A DNA stretch of 25,320 nt from a virus (lineage: Duplodnaviria > Caudoviricetes), in the IMG/VR virus record IMGVR_UViG_3300020374_000851, positions 1 through 25,320 of that record, one strand, 5' to 3'. A model generated the notes under the pieces. The model was not told the origin of the DNA and ran no database searches. It saw only the letters and a program-made list of their open reading frames with translations. Position 1 is the first letter of the stretch. Each line of letters opens with the position of its first letter. Of this stretch, positions 17,496 through 25,320 are shown piece after piece. Made by a program: the position numbers and the translations under genes.

Positions 17496-19115
17496 ATGCC
17501 TATAGTACAGATATCTAGAATACAACACAGACGCGGTCTAAAAACTGATTTGCCACAGCTAGCGGCAGGTGAATTAGGTTGGGTAGTAGACGAACAACGG
17601 CTTTACATTGGGAATGGAACTGTAGCGGACGGTGCGCCTGCGGTGGGTAACACTGAGATTATGACATCAGGCACAGGTACATTTACTGCGGCACTATCTG
17701 TTGTATATCAAGGATATCTTGGACACTCTACTCCGATAGTAACTGGAGCATCGGGAGATATCACTAGAACACTACAGGAAAGACTAGATGACTATGTTTC
17801 TGTGAAATCCTTTGGTGCCAAAGGTGATGATTCTACAGCAGATGTTGGTGCTATACAAAGAGCTATTGATGAATTGTACAGAGACACAGATAAAGATGAC
17901 ACACGGGCTAGAAGAATTTTATATTTTCCTGCTGGAACATATAGAATAAACACATCATTAACTATACCACCTTTTGCACATTTAGTAGGCGATGGCCCTG
18001 ATAAAACAATAATACGAAATTCAGGCAACAATGCAGTTGCGGTAACAGAGGATGACGAAGGCGGCACATTTGGAAGTATAGGAAGTAGTAGTGCAACAAC
18101 TCCTAATCAAATACAGATAGAAGGAATCACATTCAAAAACACAGTAGCTTATGGCGGAGTGTCAATTGATAATGCCACTAATGTATACTTCAACAATTGT
18201 AAATTTCATGGCACATATGCTACAACAACAAATTCAGATACAAGCACATCCAAAGGTGTGACAGTAAGAGCAACGACTGCCTTACCTTGTAAAAATATTA
18301 CTTTTAACCAATGCCAATTTACAGGCTTTTGTAGATTAGTCGATCTAAGTTACGATGTCCTTAACACGAAGTTTATTAATTGTGATTTTTCTATAGGATA
18401 TTATGGTGCTTTAATTGGGGCAGAAATGGATGGCTCAACATCAGGACTTGTCAATGGACCAAGAGATGTCCAGTTTGTAAGTTCAAGTTGGAGTCAAATA
18501 AGTCAGCAAGCTATTTTAGTCGCGCCAGCCACAGGTGCAAATGCAGGCACTGGGCCAAGAAATATTTTATCTTCTCATAACTTTTATGCATCCACAGTAG
18601 GAAACAATCACGAAGGTGTTGGTTCAATACTAGAAGTTCCTGTTATTCAATATGATAATGACGAATGTGGATCTATACAAGACTTCTTTGAAAGATCTGA
18701 TCTAAGAAGAGATGACGGAAGCTCTGAACTTAACATTGCCCCTGAGGTGCAAGGTATTGCAAGATACAGTAATAGAATCAAACAAATTACACTAGAAGAC
18801 AACAAATCGGCCACCACCACTACATTGGAATTTGCAGGAGGTTCAGGCAACCTTGGCAAGTCAATTGTATTAAATTACAAAATTGAAAGAGGCTCAACTG
18901 TAAGAGTTGGTACTTTTACAATTAGTATGTCTACCAATGGAATTACACATAATGATGATTTTCTGGAGAGTAATGGAGATGCAGGAGTAACTTTGACTGC
19001 TGTTATTGGAAGAGAAGATAGTACATCATTAGATAAATCTGTAATTGTGAAATATGCTACTACAAGCACTGGTAGTGACGCCACTATGGACGTGGAATCT
19101 ACTACAATTGTCTAA
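17496..19115 (+). CDS. Tail fibre/spike protein: Mtd-like N-terminal anchor plus pectate-lyase-like beta-helix
   Basis: RIQHRRG..LPQLAAGELGW..D..RLYIGNG; VSVKSFGAKGD..D..AIQRAID..LYFPAGTY..LVGDG..TII; repeated F.NC.F beta-helix rungs. TAAATA (17484)-N6-ATG. Confidence 0.75.
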   Translation: MPIVQISRIQHRRGLKTDLPQLAAGELGWVVDEQRLYIGNGTVADGAPAVGNTEIMTSGTGTFTAALSVVYQGYLGHSTPIVTGASGDITRTLQERLDDYVSVKSFGAKGDDSTADVGAIQRAIDELYRDTDKDDTRARRILYFPAGTYRINTSLTIPPFAHLVGDGPDKTIIRNSGNNAVAVTEDDEGGTFGSIGSSSATTPNQIQIEGITFKNTVAYGGVSIDNATNVYFNNCKFHGTYATTTNSDTSTSKGVTVRATTALPCKNITFNQCQFTGFCRLVDLSYDVLNTKFINCDFSIGYYGALIGAEMDGSTSGLVNGPRDVQFVSSSWSQISQQAILVAPATGANAGTGPRNILSSHNFYASTVGNNHEGVGSILEVPVIQYDNDECGSIQDFFERSDLRRDDGSSELNIAPEVQGIARYSNRIKQITLEDNKSATTTTLEFAGGSGNLGKSIVLNYKIERGSTVRVGTFTISMSTNGITHNDDFLESNGDAGVTLTAVIGREDSTSLDKSVIVKYATTSTGSDATMDVESTTIV

Positions 19116-19330
19116 TAAAATACATTAAAATTTGTAGTTGTAGATAAATTAATCTATAGACAAAAAACTTTTTTTATCATAATATTAGTATAAAATAAAA
19201 AAGCAAAACGACAACATTGTTATGCATATATGACCTATGGTGAAATTTGGAAATTAACTTATAAAATGAAAAACTGATAAATATGGATACACAAAAGACA
19301 AAAATCAAAACAAAAATAATAAAAGGCGTA

Positions 19331-21715
19331 ATGACAACAACCAACTCGAGTACGATTAAAGTTCAAAAAAGAGATGGTAGGTTAGAGCCATTAGATATCA
19401 ATAAAATTCATTTTGTAGTTGAGGAGGCCTGTGAAGGTTTACCTGGCGTGTCAGCATCACAAATTGAAATGAATGCTAATATTCAGTTTTATGATGGCAT
19501 GACAACTAAGGACATCCAAAATGTTTTAGTAAGATCTGCAAATGATTTAATAAGTTTGGAAGCACCCAATTATCAATATGCCGCGGCAAGACTTTTATCT
19601 TACGATGTGAGGAAAGAAGCACACGGACAATATGAATACATTCCGTTAGTAAAACTTGTTTTAAGAAATATACGACTAGGAGTCTATGACAAAGGTATTA
19701 TTGAAAAATATACAAAGACAGATCTTAAAAAATTTAACACTTGGATAAAAAGAGATAGAGATTTAAATTTTACGTATGCAGGCCTTAGACAGGTTGTCGA
19801 CAAATATCTAGTACAAGATAGAAGTTCAGGACAAATATACGAAACTCCACAGGACATGTACATGATGATTGCGGCAACATTGTTTGCTGATTACCCAACC
19901 AAAACAAGGATGACCTATGTTAAAAAATATTATGACGCTATCAGTCAGTTTAAAATCAATATTCCTACGCCAGTTATGTCTGGTGTCAGGACTCCTATTC
20001 GCCAGTTTGCTAGTTGTGTGCTCGTTGACAGTGACGACACTCTACCTAGTATTTTCTCTAGTGATATGGCCATTGGGTTATATGTTGCTCGGCGTGCTGG
20101 CATTGGTATCAACGCAGGCCGTATCCGCGGGATTAATTCAAAAATAAGAGGAGGTGAAGTACAACACACAGGTGTTATTCCTTTCCTTAAAAAATTTGAA
20201 TCTACAGTAAGATGCTGTACACAAAATGGAGTACGTGGAGGAAATGCCACTGTACACTTTCCAATATGGCATCCTGAAATTGAGGACATATTAGTATTAA
20301 AAAATAACAAAGGCACAGAAGATAACAGAGTAAGACGTATGGATTACTCAATTCAAATATCAAAATTATTTTACGAAAGATTTATGAATGAAGAAGATAT
20401 TAGTCTTATATCTCCACACATGGCTCCTGGTTTATATGATGCATTCGGTACAGAAGACTTTGATGATCTATATCTAAAATATGAATCTGATAAAACCATT
20501 CCAAAAAAGAATGTACCAGCACAAGACTTATTCTTTGATTTATTAAAAGAAAGAGCAGAAACAGGACGTATCTATATAATGAATATGGACCATGCTAATT
20601 CGCACAGTAGTTTCAAAGACAAAGTATCAATGAGTAATTTATGTCAAGAAATAACATTGCCAACAACTCCAATTCAACACATTGACGATGATCAGGGCGA
20701 GATTGCTTTGTGTATTCTTTCCGCAGTGAATGTAGGAACACTTAGAGATGTCAACGAATTAGAAAATTTATGTGATTTAAGTGTCAGGGCGTTAGATCAA
20801 ATAATTGACTATCAGGACTATCCAGTCAAAGCCGCTGAAGTGTCTACAAAGGCAAGACGAAGTTTAGGTATTGGATATATTGGCCTAGCACATTACTTGG
20901 CAAAAAATAATGTTAAGTATTCTGATCCAAAAGCATGGGAACTTGTTGATAGATTATCGGAAGCATTTCAATATCATTTATTAAGAGCAAGTTGTAATCT
21001 TGCAGAAGAAAAAGGTAAATGCACAGCGTTTGATAGAACAAAGTATGCAGACGGCCTACTGCCAATTGATCATTACAAAAAAGAAGTTGATGAAATTGTT
21101 ACACATAAACAAAGAATGGCTTGGGAAAGTTTAAGAAAAGATATTGCCAAACACGGTCTGAGACATTCAACACTATCTGCACAAATGCCTTCTGAAAGTT
21201 CTTCCGTGGTTAGTAATGAAACAAATGGTATTGAGCCACCAAGAGCATTACTGTCGATCAAAAAATCTAAAAAAGGGCCACTGAAACAAATTGTTCCTGG
21301 CTTTCCAAAATTAAAAAATGACTACACTTTGTTATGGGACATGCCAAGTAATGAAGGTTACATCAATGTTGTTGCAATGATGCAAAAATATTTTGATCAA
21401 GCCATATCAGGCAACTGGAGTTATAACCCATTACAATACGAAAACAACGAGGTGCCTCTTTCTGCAATGGCTCAAGACATGTTGACTGCATACAAGTTAG
21501 GATGGAAAACAAGTTACTATCAAAACACATATGATTTCAAAGGCGAGGAAGAAGAAGTGCAACCAGCAGGTCTAAGTGCAGTAAAAGAAGAAGACGAAGG
21601 TGAAGATGTTATATTAGAGCCTGAAAGTCCTACTGTTGTTAACGGCGTAAATGGACATGCGAAGATAAGTACAACCGCAGACGACGAAGGTGAGTGTGAA
21701 GCCTGCACAATTTAA
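19331..21715 (+). CDS. nrdA: Ribonucleotide reductase class Ia alpha subunit with ATP cone
   Basis: VQKRDG ATP cone, FASC, SNLCQEI, LCIL, KTSYY and C-terminal CEAC. Track start 19283 overlaps the TAAATA box, so ATG 19331 is preferred. Confidence 0.97.
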   Translation: MTTTNSSTIKVQKRDGRLEPLDINKIHFVVEEACEGLPGVSASQIEMNANIQFYDGMTTKDIQNVLVRSANDLISLEAPNYQYAAARLLSYDVRKEAHGQYEYIPLVKLVLRNIRLGVYDKGIIEKYTKTDLKKFNTWIKRDRDLNFTYAGLRQVVDKYLVQDRSSGQIYETPQDMYMMIAATLFADYPTKTRMTYVKKYYDAISQFKINIPTPVMSGVRTPIRQFASCVLVDSDDTLPSIFSSDMAIGLYVARRAGIGINAGRIRGINSKIRGGEVQHTGVIPFLKKFESTVRCCTQNGVRGGNATVHFPIWHPEIEDILVLKNNKGTEDNRVRRMDYSIQISKLFYERFMNEEDISLISPHMAPGLYDAFGTEDFDDLYLKYESDKTIPKKNVPAQDLFFDLLKERAETGRIYIMNMDHANSHSSFKDKVSMSNLCQEITLPTTPIQHIDDDQGEIALCILSAVNVGTLRDVNELENLCDLSVRALDQIIDYQDYPVKAAEVSTKARRSLGIGYIGLAHYLAKNNVKYSDPKAWELVDRLSEAFQYHLLRASCNLAEEKGKCTAFDRTKYADGLLPIDHYKKEVDEIVTHKQRMAWESLRKDIAKHGLRHSTLSAQMPSESSSVVSNETNGIEPPRALLSIKKSKKGPLKQIVPGFPKLKNDYTLLWDMPSNEGYINVVAMMQKYFDQAISGNWSYNPLQYENNEVPLSAMAQDMLTAYKLGWKTSYYQNTYDFKGEEEEVQPAGLSAVKEEDEGEDVILEPESPTVVNGVNGHAKISTTADDEGECEACTI

Positions 21716-21727
21716 TTACAAATTACT

Positions 21728-22828
21728 ATGACAAAAACTGTTTTTAACCAGAACAATATCAATTTCTCCAAAGAGCCAATGTTCTTTGGTGCTGATCAAA
21801 ATGTTCAAAGATATGATGTGTTCAAGCATCCACAGTTTGATAAACTTAATCAAACAATGCTTGGATACTTTTGGCGTCCAGAAGAAGTATCATTACAAAA
21901 AGATAGAGCAGATTACTTAACTTTCAGACCAGAACAAAAACACATATTCACAAGCAATTTAAAATATCAAACTTTACTTGATAGTGTGCAAGGAAGAGGC
22001 CCAAGTTTAATGTTTTTACCATATGTATCCAATCCTGAACTAGAAGGTTGTATTGTCACATGGGACTTCTTTGAAACAATACACTCAAGAAGTTATACAC
22101 ACATTATTAAGAATGTATATCCAGATCCTACGGAAGTGTTTGATACAATATTAAACGACAAAGAGATTATTAAAAGAGCACAGTCGGTCACAAAGAACTA
22201 TGACAAGTTTGGCAAAATGGCACTTGATTATACTGCTGGTAAAAAAGTAGACATAATAGAACTTAAACGGCAATTATACCTTGCAATGATGACTGTAAAT
22301 TTACTAGAAGGCCTAAGATTCTACATTTCATTTGCTTGCACTTTTGCATTTGGTGAACTTAAACTTATGGAAGGGTCAGCAAAAATACTTTCACTAATTG
22401 CTAGAGATGAAGCCACACACCTAAACTTATCAACACATGTGATTAAAGCATGGCAAAAAGGGGATGATCCTGAAATGACAAAAGCTATGAAAGGCACGGA
22501 CAAACAAGTTATTCAAATGTTCAAAGACTGTGTTGATGAAGAAAAAGCATGGGCTAAACATCTATTCAAAGATGGATCAATTATAGGACTTAATGAAAGA
22601 TTATTAGGATCATATGTAGAATGGACAGCTAATAAAAGATTAAAAGCTTTGGGCTTTGATCCTCTATATGATATTCCAGCGTCACAAAATCCTTTACCTT
22701 GGACACAACATTGGTTATCGTCTAAAGGTATGCAAGTAGCACCACAAGAAACCGAAGTTGAATCGTATATTGTTGGCGGAATAAAGCAAGACGTCAAAAA
22801 AGGCCAATTCGCTAAATTTAAATTATAA
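21728..22828 (+). CDS. nrdB: Ribonucleotide reductase class Ia beta subunit
   Basis: FWRPEEV, LDSVQ, ETIHSRSY (radical Tyr), EGLRFY, DEATH. Confidence 0.97.
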   Translation: MTKTVFNQNNINFSKEPMFFGADQNVQRYDVFKHPQFDKLNQTMLGYFWRPEEVSLQKDRADYLTFRPEQKHIFTSNLKYQTLLDSVQGRGPSLMFLPYVSNPELEGCIVTWDFFETIHSRSYTHIIKNVYPDPTEVFDTILNDKEIIKRAQSVTKNYDKFGKMALDYTAGKKVDIIELKRQLYLAMMTVNLLEGLRFYISFACTFAFGELKLMEGSAKILSLIARDEATHLNLSTHVIKAWQKGDDPEMTKAMKGTDKQVIQMFKDCVDEEKAWAKHLFKDGSIIGLNERLLGSYVEWTANKRLKALGFDPLYDIPASQNPLPWTQHWLSSKGMQVAPQETEVESYIVGGIKQDVKKGQFAKFKL

Positions 22829-22858
22829 AACACTATTTTTACCTCAATAAATAGTAAC

Positions 22859-23434
22859 ATGTCAGGCAGAACATCATCAGTAACACTAGGAGCAGTCACA
22901 CGTAGGGGTGACAAAGAGATTCCACACTGCACAGGAATGGTGCGTGAAGGTGCTTCTCCTAATGTATTTGCTAATAATAAGCCTATTTCTTGCCATGGTC
23001 ATCATAACACAAAACATTTGTTTCCGCCAAAAGTATGTGCCGGTAAGTGTTGTGAACATAGTAGAGGACTCATCGCTTCACAATTTAGTGTAATGGCCAA
23101 TAGAAGACCTATAGGTAGAAGATTTGATAGAACATGCACTATGGTTATAGAAGGATCACCAAATGTGTTTATTGGTGCGGCGAGAATTTCTGGAGCGGCA
23201 ATGAAAAGCCGTACACGCGAAATATTAAAAAGGTTCCGTAATCAAAAGACTCTAGATCAACTTGATAAAAACAATGCTACTATTGATACATTCTATGGAG
23301 AAATACCTGGAGTCACAATTCCTTCAGACTTGAATTTTGAAAATGTTGATGAAGAAGCTGGTAGAATAAAATCTAGTGGCGGCAGAGGTAACATTACCGC
23401 TACATATGGTGATGACAAGTACGGATTACTATAA
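22859..23434 (+). CDS. PAAR (gp5.4-like) spike tip protein with C-terminal extension
   Basis: AVTRRGD..HC..SPNVFAN.KPISC.G..N..H...C..H...SV.ANRRPIGR..D..C..GSPNVFIG. TAAATA (22848)-N5-ATG. Confidence 0.8.
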   Translation: MSGRTSSVTLGAVTRRGDKEIPHCTGMVREGASPNVFANNKPISCHGHHNTKHLFPPKVCAGKCCEHSRGLIASQFSVMANRRPIGRRFDRTCTMVIEGSPNVFIGAARISGAAMKSRTREILKRFRNQKTLDQLDKNNATIDTFYGEIPGVTIPSDLNFENVDEEAGRIKSSGGRGNITATYGDDKYGLL

Positions 23435-24654
23435 TGGCAAATAAAAATTTGTTATCACTTGCCGAAAGTGATCCTAACTTTTCAAATCAAGCTTTAGAAA
23501 ATGCAATAAACAATTTAAAAATTGGCTGGGTTACCAAAAGTATTACATTAGATGATACAATCACAAGTAATGCTGTGTTAACAAATTCACAAAAAACAGA
23601 TCTTAAAGCCACTATCAACAACCATGCTCATATAAATTTAGGAAGACAACTGAATGACATGTTAAAACACACTAACACTGTGCTTGACGGATCTATAATT
23701 CCTGCTACAAGTATCGCAGAACAAAGGACTTTCCTAGATTTGTTGCAAAATGTTCAAAGTGTACAAGGTTTGGTCATTGACCTATTTGGTGTTGATGCAA
23801 CTGATAAAAATAGAGGAGTAAATGATCATTTCGGTACACTTAATAATTTATTTCTTGAGACTGAAGACAGCAGTAAACCTGTGTTTACCCAATTACAGGA
23901 GGTTATTGATTTTATTACTAGGGCAAATTTGGCAGCCGATACTGCGTATCAAAATTCACTCACAGACTTAACAAACTTTATTAATAGCACAGTAGCAGAT
24001 TCTACAGATTTTCAACAAACACTTGATGCTTTTGCTACATCCGCAGCCTCCGCAGCCACAAGTTTCAACAACGCATTAGGCAGTGAGCCATATTTGACAG
24101 AAAGAACTAAACTTATAAGTGACACAAATAAAATAAACACACAGGTAACTTTAGAAATAAACAATCTTAAATCCATTGAATCTTATGCTACAGACTTAAC
24201 AAACAACATAGCATTCACAAGTTTAGCGGAGGATACAAATCTACGTAATTTAATAGCAAGAGTGGCCCAAAATCCTAACTGGGTTAAATATTTTTCTGAA
24301 TATGAAGACAGCGAGACTGCACTAAATCCTATTTTTGATACCGATACAGATTCAGATAAAAGTTCAGTAATAGAGCAGGCTTTAATTACAAAAGGACTGC
24401 CTGATGTACTAGACCATACAGATATTTTAGCAGTAGCAAAGAAGGCAAAATTAGACGACAGAATAAACACCGCTGGTTTTGAATTATTGACAACAGAGCA
24501 GGTTATAGAAAAATCTTGCCAGCAACTTGGAATAAGTCTTTTTGGAGATGTTTTCAACAGAAGCAAAAGATTGCTGAACAATCTAAATCAGAGAGATAGG
24601 GATCTTATCCTTGCTGACCTTAATGCCAACGAAGACAGTAACACTTTAAGTTAA
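23434..24654 (+). CDS. Helical N/T/D-rich putative baseplate/tail-associated protein
   Basis: TAATG coupling to the PAAR gene, no enzyme motif. Confidence 0.55.
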   Translation: MANKNLLSLAESDPNFSNQALENAINNLKIGWVTKSITLDDTITSNAVLTNSQKTDLKATINNHAHINLGRQLNDMLKHTNTVLDGSIIPATSIAEQRTFLDLLQNVQSVQGLVIDLFGVDATDKNRGVNDHFGTLNNLFLETEDSSKPVFTQLQEVIDFITRANLAADTAYQNSLTDLTNFINSTVADSTDFQQTLDAFATSAASAATSFNNALGSEPYLTERTKLISDTNKINTQVTLEINNLKSIESYATDLTNNIAFTSLAEDTNLRNLIARVAQNPNWVKYFSEYEDSETALNPIFDTDTDSDKSSVIEQALITKGLPDVLDHTDILAVAKKAKLDDRINTAGFELLTTEQVIEKSCQQLGISLFGDVFNRSKRLLNNLNQRDRDLILADLNANEDSNTLS

Positions 24655-24800
24655 TTTTTGTAGTTACGTTTTTTACTACCGCCCATATAATGCTTGCTTG
24701 GTTCATAGTCCCATTTTTTTCCATGGTGGCCACGTATATCAGCGTACATCATTCTAAGTTTCACTAACATTTTTACTAACGGGTTGTGGTTCACTTTCAT
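24651..24800 (-). CDS. Small basic protein (49 aa) missed by the ORF track
   Basis: MKVNHNPLVKMLVKLRMMYADIRGHHGKKWDYEPSKHYMGGSKKRNYKN*. The ATG abuts the upstream stop (TAAATG). Confidence 0.7.
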   Translation of the reverse strand: MKVNHNPLVKMLVKLRMMYADIRGHHGKKWDYEPSKHYMGGSKKRNYKN

Positions 24801-25004
24801 TTATCTTCCAAGTTTCTTCTTTCTACCTAATGGTAATTTTTGTGTTTTGACAAATTCTTCGCCTGCCTTTGTCGTCCACTCAATAGTTACCATTTTTGCT
24901 TTAGAAGACCCTTGAAATGACTTAACAGCTTTTTTATAGGAAAGTGCTTCAACTTCCTTTATTTCTGTTCCATCATTTATTTTAAAAGTTCTCATCTTGG
25001 GCAT
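24801..25004 (-). CDS. Small basic protein (67 aa)
   Basis: Has its own promoter TTGACC-17-TAAATT-N6-ATG and is coupled to the 49-aa ORF. Confidence 0.75.
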   Translation of the reverse strand: MPKMRTFKINDGTEIKEVEALSYKKAVKSFQGSSKAKMVTIEWTTKAGEEFVKTQKLPLGRKKKLGR

Positions 25005-25010
25005 ATATCT

Positions 25011-25054
25011 AATTTAGCATAAACTTGACAAAAGGTCAATCTTATGCTTAAATA
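25011..25054. promoter_or_regulatory. Dyad-symmetric back-to-back promoter pair
   Basis: Plus strand: TTGACA 25025-25030, TTAAAT/TAAATA 25048-25054. Minus strand: TTGACC 25039-25034, 17 nt, TAAATT 25016-25011. Confidence 0.7.
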
Positions 25055-25059
25055 TCCTT

Positions 25060-25320
25060 GTGTACGTTGAAACATTTAGAATAAACGTTACGGACGTCGG
25101 GGCAGTACCGACCACCTCCACCATACTAGGATTGGTGGCTTATGTAATCTCTTTCGGGGGTGAACTAGGATCGACGGATGTGTAAAAAGATGTGGAGTAC
25201 GCCCAGTTGGTTCGAGGTAACGGCCAGTTTTAAATGCAAACACAAAAGCATTAGGATTTGCTGACTTAACAGTTGGTATGTCTGAACTGAGATTAGCGGC
25301 CTAGTCCAATAATTTCGGGG
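25060..25320 (+). ncRNA. ssrA: Circularly permuted (two-piece) tmRNA; acceptor piece about 25060-25123, intervening segment 25124-25155, coding piece from 25156 (3' end at or beyond the window edge)
   Basis: T-arm GTCGG-GGCAGTA-CCGAC then CACCTCC-A-CCA (ends 25123). Downstream GGGGGTG-AACTAGGATCGAC pairs 7/7 with it, including G3-U70. P2 pairings GATGT/ACGTT, AGATGT/ACATTT, GTACG/TGTAC. Tag frame 25236-25304 ends LAA*. Confidence 0.95.

Noticed and set aside
19116-19282. NrdR boxes or an ncRNA upstream of nrdA
   Set aside because: Only weak partial matches to acaCwAtATaTwGtgt in very AT-rich DNA and no stable structure seen. A possible TAGACA-17-TAATAT promoter is too weak to call.
5453-19330. 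Track starts at 5453, 7596, 9828, 10971, 15580 and 19283
   Set aside because: They overlap promoters, hairpins or neighbouring genes. Downstream ATGs fit the SD, coupling or leaderless pattern better.
19331-22828. Introns, inteins or homing endonucleases in nrdA/nrdB
   Set aside because: Both ORFs are continuous, of normal length and only 12 nt apart.
33-24581. Short antisense or alternate-frame ORFs in the track (e.g. 33..245, 10952..11269, 12985..13383, 19945..20316, 22513..22932, 24183..24581)
   Set aside because: They are shadows lying within or across well-supported genes, with no motifs or start signals.
25091-25123. tRNA gene or att-site fragment ending in CCA
   Set aside because: It pairs with the downstream GGGGGTG and is followed by a tag frame, so a permuted tmRNA explains it. 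No integrase or duplicated att core is visible in the window.
1-25320. Stop-codon reassignment
   Set aside because: TAA, TAG and TGA all end genes at sensible junctions, and coding density is high under code 11.

Overview
Low-GC (roughly one third by eye), gene-dense segment of a large lytic tailed phage, probably a T4-like myovirus. The evidence is class Ia nrdA/nrdB, a PAAR spike tip, a beta-helix tail/receptor protein, a PD-(D/E)XK exonuclease and recurrent TAAATA late-promoter-like boxes. Conserved-looking core and structural genes are interleaved with putative glycan or small-molecule tailoring genes: three GT10-like paralogs, an FkbM methyltransferase, two sulfotransferase-like proteins, a 2OG-Fe(II) oxygenase, a twitch/SPASM radical SAM protein, an SSS transporter and a truncated epimerase. 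The ORF track misses several elements: a circularly permuted (two-piece) tmRNA of alphaproteobacterial type at the right end encoding an unusually long tag (ANTKALGFADLTVGMSELRLAA), a 42-aa 10-Cys metallothionein-like ORF, a 49-aa minus-strand ORF, a 45-aa epimerase remnant, and many leaderless-type TAAATA-N5/6-ATG starts. An alphaproteobacterial (possibly SAR11-like) host is inferred, not shown. All calls come from motif reading; no database search was run.
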